Below, one piece after another: positions 51,967 to 63,434 of a DNA stretch of 64,000 bases (the stretch's first letter is position 1; each line of letters begins with the position of its first letter). The position numbers and the translations under genes are program-made. The notes under the pieces are model-generated. The model worked only from the letters and a program-made list of their open reading frames with translations. It ran no database searches and had not been told where the DNA came from. Source of the stretch: Isurus oxyrinchus (taxonomy: Eukaryota); NCBI GenBank assembly GCA_026770705.1, contig JANJGN010000010.1, forward strand, positions 41,168,001 through 41,232,000, written 5' to 3'.

Positions 51967-52230
51967 TGAAGGTTATGCCCCTTTGGCTGCTGAGACTCCA
52001 AGTGAAGTGATTTTCACCAATGCTAACCTGAGGGGTGCAAAAACATTCCAATTGCCAGCATTGATATATCTCTTATTCTCTTTTTCTCCCTCCCTCTCTC
52101 CCCTTTTCAAATTAGCAGAAAAATGCACACACAAGGAAATAAAATCCTGTGTCACAGCTCCTCTGTTGCTGAAAAGTAGTTTAGTGTTTTGAAACATGTC
52201 TAAGTCATTTTTTTTTCTCTTTCCTTCCAG

Positions 52231-52406
52231 GCTACCCATACAGGCATGCGGACATACATTTATAGTAAGAATTCTATTCTTGGCTCGCAGGGAGATCACA
52301 CTGGCATGAGAACTTATTATTTCAGTGCAGATACGCAAGAGGATATGAATGGCTGGATCAGGGCTATGAACCAAGCTGCACTTATGCAAGCATACACTTT
52401 AAAGAG
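52231..52406 (+). CDS. PLEKHA7: PLEKHA7 coding exon, end of PH domain (ATHTGMRTYIYSKNSILGSQGDHTGMRTYYFSADTQEDMNGWIRAMNQAALMQAYTLKR)
   Basis: Long polypyrimidine tract plus ccAG; AG|GTcatt donor; 176 nt, phase 0/2. Has the TYYFSADTQEDMNxW motif and the 20-aa insert that distinguishes PLEKHA7 from PLEKHA5/6. Confidence 0.95.
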
Positions 52407-52459
52407 GTCATTCTGAATTTTTATTAAACTTATTAATTTGTATGTATTAAGAATATAAA

Positions 52460-53715
52460 GTTACATTTTTGAAGAGGTAACAGAGGGTAAACAAGGGTAA
52501 TGTGGTAGATGTAATTTATCTAGATTTTTAAAAAAGCTTTCAATAAGCTACAATGTAATAGACGAATAAATATGGTTAGAGAATATGGGGTTGAGGACAA
52601 GTAGCAAAATGGATAGCTAGCTGGCTCCAAGATAGAAAACTGAGAATAGGGTTAAGGATAGTTATTAAGTGTGGCAGAAATTGGGAAGTGATGGTCCACA
52701 AAGATCAATGCTAGAACCAACTTTGTTTACCCTCATTGTCTCCTCTCCTGGTGGGGCTGCTGAGGCTCCAGACCTGCCAGCCCCCTGATTCAGCCGGCAG
52801 CATTAAGAGGCAGCCTTCAGGAAGATTGCTACGCTGGTGTCTCTTCTGACAGGTGAGGGCACGGGACCCCCATTTGATCATGACGGCGGGACCCCATGAT
52901 AAAGCCCAAAGACTCTGCAAAGGAATATAGGTAGGGTAAGTGAGTGGGCGAGAAGGTGACAGATGGCATACAATGTAGGGAATTTTGAGTTTATTCACTT
53001 TGGTGGGAAGAGCAGAAAAATAGTATTTTTTTACATAGTAGGAAAATATTAAATGTTGGTATTCAGAGGGATTTGGGTGGCCTTGTACAAGAACACAAAG
53101 GTTATCATATAAGTACAAGTAATAAGGAAGTCAAGTATATGTTGGCCTTTATTCCAAGGAGATTGGAATGCAAAAGTAAGCAAGTTTTGCTGCAATTGTA
53201 CAGAGTTTTGGTGAGGCCACACCTGAAGTACTTGATAGTTTTGAGCTCTGTAGCTAAGGGAAGATATGCTTGATTTAGAGGGAGTGCAGCAAACGTTCAC
53301 TAGATGGATTTCTGAGTTGAGAATATTATTCTATGAGGAAAGGTAGAGTAGAATAGGCCTCTACTCTCTGGAGTGTAGAAGAATGAGAAGTGCTCTCATT
53401 GAAACATAAAAGCTTTTGAAGAGACTCGCCAGGGTGGTTGCTGGGAGGACGGTCGGCCATTTAGGACTGAGATGAGGAAACATTCCTTCACTCAGATGCT
53501 TGTAAAGTTTTGGCATTCTCTACCCCAGAAGGATGTGGAATCTGTCATTGATCATATGCAAGGCTGAGGTCGATAGATTTTTGGACTTGGGAGTTGAGGG
53601 ATGTGGGGATAACACCAGAAAGTGGAGGTCAAGTCAAGCATCAGCCATGATCTTATTAAAAGACATGTAAGGCTCAAAGAGCTATATTGCCAACTTCTGC
53701 TCCTCTTCATATTCC
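52460..53715 (+). mobile_element. CR1 LINE RT/3' fragment with a ~200-bp GC-rich insertion (~52730-52925)
   Basis: VDVIYLDF.KAFNK remnant, VLLQLYRVLVRPHL (ORF 53073-53273) and a CR1 tail. Confidence 0.8.
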
Positions 53716-55039
53716 CCCATAATTTTGCAATTTGATCAGAAATTTTGGCAAATGCCACAAGGTGAGAAAATTAATGCAAAACAATGGGAAAGCTCTTCTT
53801 TGACCCTCAAGATATTTTAATATCAACCAATGAAATATACTTTGTTCCGTATTTAACCCATTCTATCCCATATCTGACAGTATTTAAATACTGGGTAGCC
53901 AAACTGAAGACAAGTTGCTCCCAATTAATCTCTCTCATTTAAATGAACACAACATACACCCTGAAAGTTAGTACTGGAGCACCACTGTAAGTGATGTGGT
54001 GGAATAATATATGCTTGCTTCTATGGCATCCTAATTAAAGGAAATAATTTGCAGAATTTTAGGGGAGAGTGTAATGGGCTTTCCCTGCAATAAGAGGTGG
54101 GTAGCATATCCCTAGACAAAAATAAGTTCAAAGGCGTGTCAGTATTGAGTCTACAGCTTCAAGGTATATCAATGCACAGTCTACGAATATAATTCATTCT
54201 AAATATCAGGTGCTCACTTAGCAACATATGGTAAAAACTTTATATTGGGAATCAAATTTTGAGGAAAGTTCATGCCTAACTTATGTGCCAAATCCCAAGG
54301 CTTGTAATGAATTTGCACTGAGAACCATATGCAGAAAAAGAATTAATCATATTCTTTTTGGCATCCCTCAGATGTATCTCCTCAGACTGTGCTTAAGATG
54401 CAAGGGTAGGGTTAGTTATATTTTTTAATCAGTTTGGTGCTGAAAATATGCATTAATTTTAAAAAGCTATAAAATTGAGAATGGAAGCAAAATGAACTTA
54501 AGAAATCAGTTTTGTCACAATGATTTATATGAATGATGTGAATGTCACTTTGTGAAATTGTTAGGTGAAGTGTACTGGCCATAGTACTTGCATGATAAAT
54601 TGATGCTTGTTTTTAGGGCACACCATATAATGACTGCTGAAAATTCAATTTAAAAATGTGGTACTGTCCTCCGTTATGAATTATTCTGCTGTGCAGAGAT
54701 GTCTGACTTGTTTTAAATGCAGATGGAGTTTTAAGCAACACTTGTTCTCGTGTTATTTTCAGAAGATTGATGTGCTTTCAACATAATTTTTTTTTGGAAA
54801 TTTATATTCACGTCAAGTGTGCAACTTCACTTAATTTTGTTTTCCCTTTAATTGTATGTTGTTCAAGGCTATCTCTTCCACATTTTAAGTACATCAGTAA
54901 AACAAGGAAAAGTTAGATACTTGATGCCTTTTATTAAGAGCACATGTAATGAAGAATTATAAGTCTTTTAATGAAAGTGAGCTGGTGAGATGTGTGATTG
55001 GATGTATACAAAGCCTAAAAATGAAGTTGCCTGATAGCT

Positions 55040-55300
55040 GAGTAATTAGCTGAACCACGTAAAGCAAGAAGGACCCAGGTTTTATCCCTGGTCTAAGCAG
55101 GGGTAATTCCAGGAGTGGCACAGTTGGTCTAAATGCTCCTGGGAGGATCATAATCATTACCCAGTACTAGTGGCTTAAAGTTCATGGGTATTAGCTGAGG
55201 ACTGGATTAGAATTGGCTGTGATGCTTCTGCATATGAATAGCCTACTTGCTGTCAGGGCTAATACTTGTAGAATTGTCACTTAGGGGGAATGTAGAATTG
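55040..55300 (+). mobile_element. Old tRNA-derived SINE remnant (related remnants at ~3880-4125, 8020-8290, 27170-27300)
   Basis: B-box-like ccaggttttatccctggtct and shared ggattag..ttggctgtgatgc sequence; highly decayed. Confidence 0.35.
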
Positions 55301-56829
55301 GACAATCTTATAAATATATTTACCAAAAAAAAATCATGTCAATCCTGTTGTGGGTTCAAATGTCACTTCAGGACTTTGTCTTATCTGGCATCAACGCATG
55401 CATACTTAGAATAGAGAGGCTGGACAGTGATCCGAAGGAGTTACTTCCATGTTTCACTCTATCCTCTCTCTGCCCACCACCCCTCCACCCCGCCCCGGCT
55501 TAAAAAGTCTGTGTTACTTAGACAATTTTGTGGTTCTATCATTATTGTTTCAGCATGGACCAGGATGCCATACAGCTCCTGTTTCTCATCATTCCACAGT
55601 GCACCATGTCATATAACTACTCACTGAGCTGCACTCAGGCTGGTAACAAATGTGATACCTAATGTGTAATTATTTCTAAGCTTATCATCTATTTGAGATA
55701 ATATCTCTAGGATTTATAGTTCTATAGTAACGTGTGCAATTAGGATAGAATAAATAAGTTCCATTTCGTTTCCATGCGCAATATAAAATTCTTATCTAAT
55801 TAGGGCATTAATCCCAAAAATCAGCAGGAGAATTTTTTTATTTTTCATGTTTAGAGCAAAATTTGTAGGCATACATATAAGAACCATGCTGACAACTTAG
55901 CAGTGAATGGCAAACAATAGCAATGTTGCATTTTCCCCTCACTTTCACACCCGCTTAAAGATTTAGGAGAGAAATGTGTACACTGGTTTCTATTATCTTG
56001 ATATTGGAACATTATGGTGTGTTAATCTCATTAATCATTTGTTGAGGAAAGGATGAATCTGAAGCCGGTCTTTTGGAAATAAACCTGGATTGACAAACAC
56101 TACAGAGTAAAAGCACAGGTTCCTCTTGTTCCCCCAAACACTCAATGAGAATTGTTTTTTATACTCTTGCAATGATTGGGGGTAGCTGCCCTTAAATTAC
56201 TCACTTAAAGCATGTACTCTTTTGCACATACTCTGTTGCAGCACAATTCCAACGTTAACATGGTGTACAGAAAATAACAGAGACAGCTATGGCAACCTTT
56301 TCTAGCTGTCAATGGCACCAACTCCTACAAGTCGTTGCATTACGAATTAAACATAACTTTATTGCTGGGCCATTTTTCTAGAAGCAAAATACTGCAATAA
56401 AACAGCTCTTGCTTATTTTTTTCCAATTAAATATAGGTACTGAAATAATGATAGAACAGCAATATAACCGAAGAGACATATTTTTGGGAGATGGAATGAG
56501 GAGAAATAAATGAAACTACTTCTGATCTCTACCCAGTAGTCTAAACGTGTTCTTGGTGAATCCAAGTCAGACTCGGCTCTTAATTCCCCTTATAACCATT
56601 ACCAGATAAAGACAGCCAAGAGAGGAGGAAGAGAGAAAAATAAATTACTGAGATTTCATAAATATCGGAAACTTTTAAACATTATTACGCTGCCAATGAC
56701 AGTTTTTAAAAAGGCTAAATTGTCACTAAACGCTTAACCTGTACCCTTTCCCATTTTTCAATCCCCACCTTATCCACTCTAAGCACCTCTGACACCCAAA
56801 AAGATGTGGGTTGGGTGGCAATTAGAATA

Positions 56830-57290
56830 TGATGCCTAGTTTTGGCTGTTTTAGTTGTGGGAAGATGTGAAGACCATAGGGAGGGAATGGAAGAAATTCA
56901 TTCAGGTGATATGTAGGGTGCGACACTTTAGTTATGATAATAGACTTAAGAAACAGGGGCTATTTTCACTAAAACAAATGAGATTCTTTTTTCCAATAAG
57001 GTTGTTCAAAATTTTGAGGGATTTTAATAACTGGAAGAAAATTCATTTCTGTTGATCAGTGATTGGCATAAATTTAAATTCATCAATAAAAGAACAAAAT
57101 GTGAAACGAGAAGATTTTTTAAAAAATGTCACATGATATTAGGATGTGGGAATTTTTACCAGAAATTGTGGAACAGAATCCATAATAGCTTTGAAAAAGG
57201 AGTTGGTAAATATCTGGGAAAGGAAAAATTGAGAGGGTATTGAGAAAGGGCAGGGAATGGAGCATCCTTTCAGGAAGGAAAGGGTCATTT
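56830..57290 (+). mobile_element. Decayed CR1 3' fragment
   Basis: FSYDNRLKKQGLFSLKQMR (ORF 56855-57055). Confidence 0.65.
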
Positions 57291-57396
57291 GACTTCCTTC
57301 TAATTTGAGGAGCAATATAGAAGTACTTTCTGGGAAATTTTGTTAGTTTTCAAGCTATGTGTACTTCTATTGAAAACTTTTTTTTACTATTAGCAG

Positions 57397-57873
57397 AGAA
57401 CCAGAAAAAGCAGGAAGGCCTCGCCTTACTCAGAACAACCATATCAACTCATACAAGGGCTTTACTAAGGCAGAAGTGCTTCAGAGCAGAGAGAATGCTG
57501 GGAAGCTTGATGAAAAGTTTGGGTTTGAAAAACATGAAGAAATGAAGAAAGAATGGAATGAGGAAGAGAGATATGGCTTCCAAAAGGATCCTGTAGAGAT
57601 ATTGGCCAGAAAAGGGAATAAGAACAACATGCAAGCAAGTTCCGTGGAGAGCGACGTGTTTACAGGATATCGCCCTTTGTCTCAACCACATCCGACACAG
57701 CGCAATGGCACAATTCAGCCTCCCACAAATTCCACTTTGGTAGACCAGAATGGTGCCAATGTTTATCGGAGGGGGTTTGTGCCCCGAACTGGAACAGAGA
57801 AAAATGTCCAGCGGAAAAGTTCCATGGTGCAAGTGGAGCACTGGATGAAATCTCACAAAGGAGACGGCAAAAG
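57397..57873 (+). CDS. PLEKHA7: PLEKHA7 coding exon after the PH domain (EPEKAGRPRLTQNNHINS...YRRGFVPRTGTEKNVQRKSSMVQVEHWMKSHKGDGK)
   Basis: TAGCAG tandem acceptor and AG|GTcaga donor; 477 nt, phase 2/2, open frame. The C-terminal part matches recalled PLEKHA7 YQRAFPPRTNPEKHSQRKSNLAQVEHW. Confidence 0.92.
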
Positions 57874-59010
57874 GTCAGAATGCATTTTTATTAATTAGTA
57901 GCCTGCATTCATTAGTTGCACACCAAACCATAACAGAAATGAAAATAGTTCCAATCTGATAAATTGTGCTAATTGCTTCTTTCATAGGTACTTCTATTTA
58001 ATGACCATTTTCTGCTCTTATGCTTTAAAGGTATTACTGTCATAAAAACTAAGATCCTCATTGGGAATGTTTACAGCTCAGCACACTGTAGTTTTCTGCA
58101 ATGTATTCAGAAATGATGGAAATTCTGCAGATGATTGCATTATTTGGAATAGCTGTACCTTTACTGCTTTAGGATTGAGAGGACTGATTGGTGTTTTCAC
58201 AAAAAAATGTATTGAATCACAGAAAATAATCCCAAAACCCTAATAAAATTCCCATATGACTGAATAAGTCAAATTTAACTGGGATCTGCTAATAAATAGC
58301 AGCCCTGTTGTATATTATGGCAAATCCATTGGTTTCCTGTTTTCAACACAAACAGATTTTCAAAATATGACTTCCTAAAACACAGGCCAAAATCCCAAGT
58401 AATAAAAGTGGAATTGGATTTGCTTGATTAGAGTCATGATGCAAAAAAAAGACATTCACTGGATATCTCAAGGGGGTTGCTGTACAGGAGAGGCCAGGAG
58501 TGCCACTTAATTAATGATATTACCTTTGACTCATTGGGGCTTGGTTTGTAGTCCCAGTGATCTAATTAAATGGATCCAAATGCCTTGTACTGCAGGGAGC
58601 CCTGATAGAATCTATTGATTTAACTGGCTGCAGACACACAGACAAGAATGCTACTAGTGGAAAGTTCTGTCAGTAAATTTGCCTTGATTATATTTGGTTT
58701 GTCTGGGTTGCATACCCTCATGTTTTGTTGAAGTGATGTCTATGCACTTAACAGAATCATAGAATCTTACAGCTTGAAAGGAGGCTATTCAACCCCTTGT
58801 GCCTGTGCTAGCTGTTTGAAAGAGCTATTAGTTCCACTCCCCTGCTTTGTCCCCATGGCCTACTTGATTGCTGTTGCTTGTAAGTGCAACCACTTGGATG
58901 TGGGTACATAAGGTGGGTGGTCAACAATAGATCTGAGGTTTTGAAAATTTAGATTTTGTTGAGTTAAGTGGTGCAATGATAACCAGAGGAAGTAAATTTG
59001 TAATTTTGCA

Positions 59011-59363
59011 GGGAGGTGGTAGCATAGTGGTATTGTCACTGGACTAGTATTCAAGAGAGCCTGGGTTCTAGCAACTTGGGTTTGAATCCCACCATGGCAG
59101 ATGGTGAAATTTGAATCCAATAAAAATCTGGAATTAAAAGTCTGATAATGACCACAAAACTATTGATGACATTGTTAAAAACCTATCTTGTTCACTAATG
59201 CCCTTTAGCGAAGGAAATTTGCCATCCTTACCTGGTCTGGCCTATATGTAACTCCAGAACCACAGCAAAATGGTTGACTCTTAAATGCCCTCTGAACAAG
59301 GGCAATTAGGGATGGGCAGTAAATGCTGGCCTAGCCAGCAACGCCCACATCCCATGAATGAAT
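59011..59363 (+). mobile_element. Near full-length tRNA-derived SINE
   Basis: A box TAGCATAGTGG (59020-59030), B box GGTTTGAATCC (59079-59089) and tail TAAATGCTGGCCTAGCCAGCAACGCCCACATCCCATGAATGAAT. Confidence 0.85.
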
Positions 59364-60069
59364 ATTTCTTTTAAAAGAGGGAGAGGCTAGGATTACTTTA
59401 TTCAAAACAGCATATTTTTAGGACATGGAATGTCTCACCAGAAGAAGTGCTGGAAGCAAAATGCAAAAGTCTTTAAATGAGAACTAGATAACTTGAACAG
59501 GAAAAAAAAAATGATCAGGAATTTCCACCCACAACGGGGATTTAACTGTTCTTATGCTTCCACAACGCCTTACCCCCATCTGCTTCCAAAACTCCTCTCA
59601 CTTCACGTTGGCATTCTCCTCCCCAGTCCTCCCTTCCTATCTAAACAATACTGCTAAATTCAGTTATGTCAGATGAAGCACCGAGAGTCACAGAGCAGTG
59701 TTGAGTGAGATAGAGAGCAGAACCTGGGACCAGTACCAGAGTGCGAAGGATGAAATTTGGCGATGTGGGGGTGCTGAGTGAGGAAGGACCAGAGAGAGAA
59801 TCCCAGCCTGAACTAGGATGATGATGAGGCGAGGACTGTGGGGGTCATGAATTTGGGATGGATGAAGGAAAATCCCTTCATAAAGTGGAGGAAGGAGGAG
59901 AGTGCCAGCATGAAATTCAAGAAAAATTTTGAGCATGAACTTGAGAGGCAGATGTGAGAAAAATGTTGGCATTAACTGGGGGTGGGAGAGATGAGTGCAT
60001 CCTGAATAAGGTTGGTGGTGGTAGACTCCTTGTTATTTGAGAGTGTCCAAGCTGTAAGTGACTTCATCC

Positions 60070-60420
60070 TCTTCTCTGGGTCCTCTCATGACTGAAGAGT
60101 TTGATGTGAGATCAGCATGGACGTCCACTGGCAGTTTATGTTGCCTTTGTTGCTACTTCGGGTAACTACTTGCACCACCTCTGGCCTTCCTCTGGGCACA
60201 TTGGATGTTGCAAGTTTGGTGTAGATGGTTCTCAAAACATGCTGAACCAAATTGTAATGCTTGCCTCTGCAAGGACTGGTCGACTGCAGTATTTGCTGGG
60301 CTCTTTTTAGGGTATCCTTGAATTGTTTGCACAAACCACCTTGATTGTGAACTTAATGCAGGCCACACATGTGCCAGAATGTATTGTGGGGAGGGAGGTT
60401 GGGAAAGTACATCCATGTGA
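60070..60420 (-). mobile_element. RTE-clade LINE 3' fragment
   Basis: Minus-strand NQGGLCKQFKDTLKRA and HIKLFSHERT resemble the RTE C-terminal motifs GGQ.KRFKDTLK and IGL.SH.RTH. Confidence 0.55.
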
Positions 60421-61984
60421 ATATAGCAAAGTTAAATCTGTAGAACTTGCTGCAACAAACAGTGGGCTTACTTCACCTCAATGCCTTTCAAATAGGCTCT
60501 TCTGTCTCCAACTTTGGGCTATTCTTTGATCAGAGAGACCGTTTACAGGAATATTAGTTAGAATCAGTATGATATGAAGTTGACAAATGGCTTTGTGAAA
60601 TAATGATTGAATGGGTGTTATTCTATAAGCAATAAGTGACAATAAGATGGATTCGCCGTCATTTATTATGTCTAATGTAGTTAACTCTGATATATAGTAT
60701 CCTCACGTACTATCAGACATTCCTACAAAATAATTTCAAGTAACTGCTGTACATTCCCTGAGTGCAGCTATTGTCTCAGTCGGATAATAATTTAATAATT
60801 CTCTTGCCATGTGTATCATTTTATTTCCATTTGACAATATTCAGAAAAGTCTACACATAAAATTTTGCTTTGCCATGACAGTTTTGAGGTATTTCTTCCT
60901 TTATTTAATTGTAATAGCTAGTTATGTTCCTAACAATGTTAACGCTTTCAATGCCCTTAGAGCATCGATGTACTTAAGTATTCCAAAACAATAAGTTCAT
61001 TAAACAATTTTATCTCCATAACTATTTAGTTTTTAATATAAATTGTGCAGCATTTTAGTCTCCAGTTGCTTGAAGCACTCAGCAATTCTACTGCTCCTGA
61101 GCTTAATTTCTTGAAACAAAACAATCTGTCCTTGAGCTTTGCATGAATTAAACTCATCTCCTGTACTGGGACCATTTGCATTTGTGTTGAGGAGAGAATT
61201 ATTTTGCAGGCCAAGATAAATCTCTTGATTTTTTTTCCCCCTCTAGTTCTTTAAGGGAAGTATTTAGCCTCTATTCAGTATATTTCCTGAGGGTTCAACT
61301 AAGAATAAGCCTTCAAACCATTGGTTTCAGCCCCAAAGTGCATTTAATTGTCTTCTGCACATTTCAGGTGTCTGATTCTGCTATCATCTTAGCACCTGAG
61401 AAATAATGAAGCTTCTTTTGGTACGCTGACCTCCTCTGACAGTGCTGATGGCTGGTGCAGATTTGAAATTCTTACCTTTTACTGTGTGCCTAACTACAAT
61501 TGTTTTCACTAGTGATGCTGGAGCAGTACAGAAATGGGGATACAGCAATAAGCAAATGGTCAAGCTGGGTCCCTCCCATTCTGTGCTGTGTACAAACCTC
61601 TGGTCAGATTTTAAGATGAACCAAAGGTGCTCTACCTGAAAAGAGGAAAGAGTTTTATTTAATGTTGAAATGTATTTTCTCATGATTTTCAGCAGTAGAA
61701 AATATGATGGGACAGTATCTTGTGGGCTGAGAGGAAGTCAATATCCAAAGAGTTTTGAGCCTAAGTTACTGGAAGTGGAATTTGGTTTCGCATTATTTTC
61801 CATGCTACTTGTTCGGCTTTTTAAAGCTTAGGCCAAGGATTTCAGCTGCCAGGTTTTTCACTTTTTTCTATTTTGCTATTATTTGGAGTGAAGATGATGA
61901 TATGGGGGTTTCATTAATGACAACCATGTAGCTGCACAGCCTCCAGCACACAACTGGATAGCCTTAATGACGCTTTTTAAAATT

Positions 61985-62870
61985 TATTCGTTTGCATGAT
62001 GCAGGAATTGCTGGCAAGGCCAGCATTTTTTGCTCATCCCTAATCACCACTGAAAAAGTGATGGTGAACGTTCTTGAACCATCTGTGCGGTGAAGGTGCT
62101 AGTGCAGTGCTATTAGGCAGGGAGTTTTAGGATTTTGACCCAGTGAAGATGAAAGAGAGGCAAATTATTTCCAATTTAGGATGGTGTTAGACTTGGAGGG
62201 AAATAGTGGGGTTTCTATATATTTCCTGCTCATGTTAGAGGTCATGGGTTTGGGAGGTGCTGTTGAAGAAGCTAGGGTGAGTTGCTGCAGTACATTTTGT
62301 GGATGGCACACACTGCAGTGAAGGTGTCCTGATGGTGGAGGGAGTGAAGGAAAGGGAAAAGAGTAATTTAGCACTTTGAAAGTTATTATTTCAGGCAAAG
62401 ATTTGAAAATAAATTAAAGGTTTAGGAACACTTTAAAAAAAAATTCAGCCAAATGAAAAGTGATCGAATTCTTCTTTGTGTGTTAGATTTAGAGAGCTCT
62501 GATGATTCTTTCACAAGTTCACTGTAGAACTTTACAAACCATAGTGTGAAGCACTTAACAGGGTACCGATCAAGTGGACTGCTTTGTCTGTCTTGTGTTG
62601 AGCTGCATGAGTGTTGTTGGAGTTGCATTCATCCAGGAAAGTGGAGAGTATTCCATCGTGCTCCTGAGCTACAGGAGGGTTTCAGAGATTCAAGAGGTGA
62701 GTCACTTGTTCCAGAAAACCCAGCCTTAGACTTGTCGTTCTGCCCACAGTATTTACGTAGCTGGTCCAGTTAAGTTTCTGACCCGGAGGATGTTGAAGGC
62801 AGGGGATTCGACAGAAGTGATGCCACTGAATGTCAAGGGAGGTTTTAGACTATCTATTATTGGAAAATTC
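61985..62870 (-). mobile_element. CR1/Zenon-like LINE 3' fragments
   Basis: Homologous to 43400-44040. Confidence 0.7.
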
Positions 62871-63432
62871 CACTCCCTCTTCACTCACTCTATCCCTGTC
62901 TCTGGCATCTATCTAGGATGAACCACATTGTTCAGTATCTATTTCCAGGGTTTTAACGTCTCCCGATTCCATGCCTGTTGGTCTGCTAAAACTGTACCTT
63001 TGTTACCTCCAGACTTCACTATTCTAAAGCTCTCCTGGCATAGCTTCCACATTCTACCCTCCCTAATTGTGAGGTCATCCAAAACTCTGCTGCCCATGTT
63101 CTAACTTGCACCAAGTTCTATTTACCCACCACCTCTGCAGTATCTCAATTTTAACACTTGTTTTCAAGTTCCCTCGCTATCTCTGTTATCTCCTCCAGCT
63201 GCGTAAACCTTCAAGATATCTGCAGTCCTCTAATTCCAGCCCCTTGAGTACCCCTGATCTTAATCTCTCCACCATTGGTAGCCGTGCTTTTAGCTGCCTA
63301 GGCCCTAAGCTCTGGAATGTACATCCCTCAACTTTTCAACTCCCTACCTCGCTTTCTTCCTTTAAGGAACTTCAGCTTAAAACCTACCTCTTTGACCAAA
63401 CTTTTAATCATCTGCCCAAGTATCATCTTATG
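62870..63432 (+). mobile_element. L2 LINE 3' portion
   Basis: ORF 63106-63558 reads IGSRAFSCLGPKLWN...LSSFK..LKTYLFDQ. Confidence 0.8.
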
Positions 63433-63434
63433 TC

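Noticed and set aside
13859-57873. Assignment to PLEKHA5 or PLEKHA6
   Set aside because: DSSGMRLW, DSREE.VLGSIPLPSY, the 20-aa PH insert and QVEHW all fit PLEKHA7 better.
59011-59100. tRNA gene
   Set aside because: A and B boxes are present, but there is no cloverleaf and the sequence continues into a SINE body and LINE-derived tail.
61225-61370. Strong polypyrimidine acceptor (ttttttcccctctAG) with a short open frame as the next PLEKHA7 exon
   Set aside because: The translation shows no resemblance to the expected downstream PLEKHA7 sequence. The next exon probably lies beyond the window.
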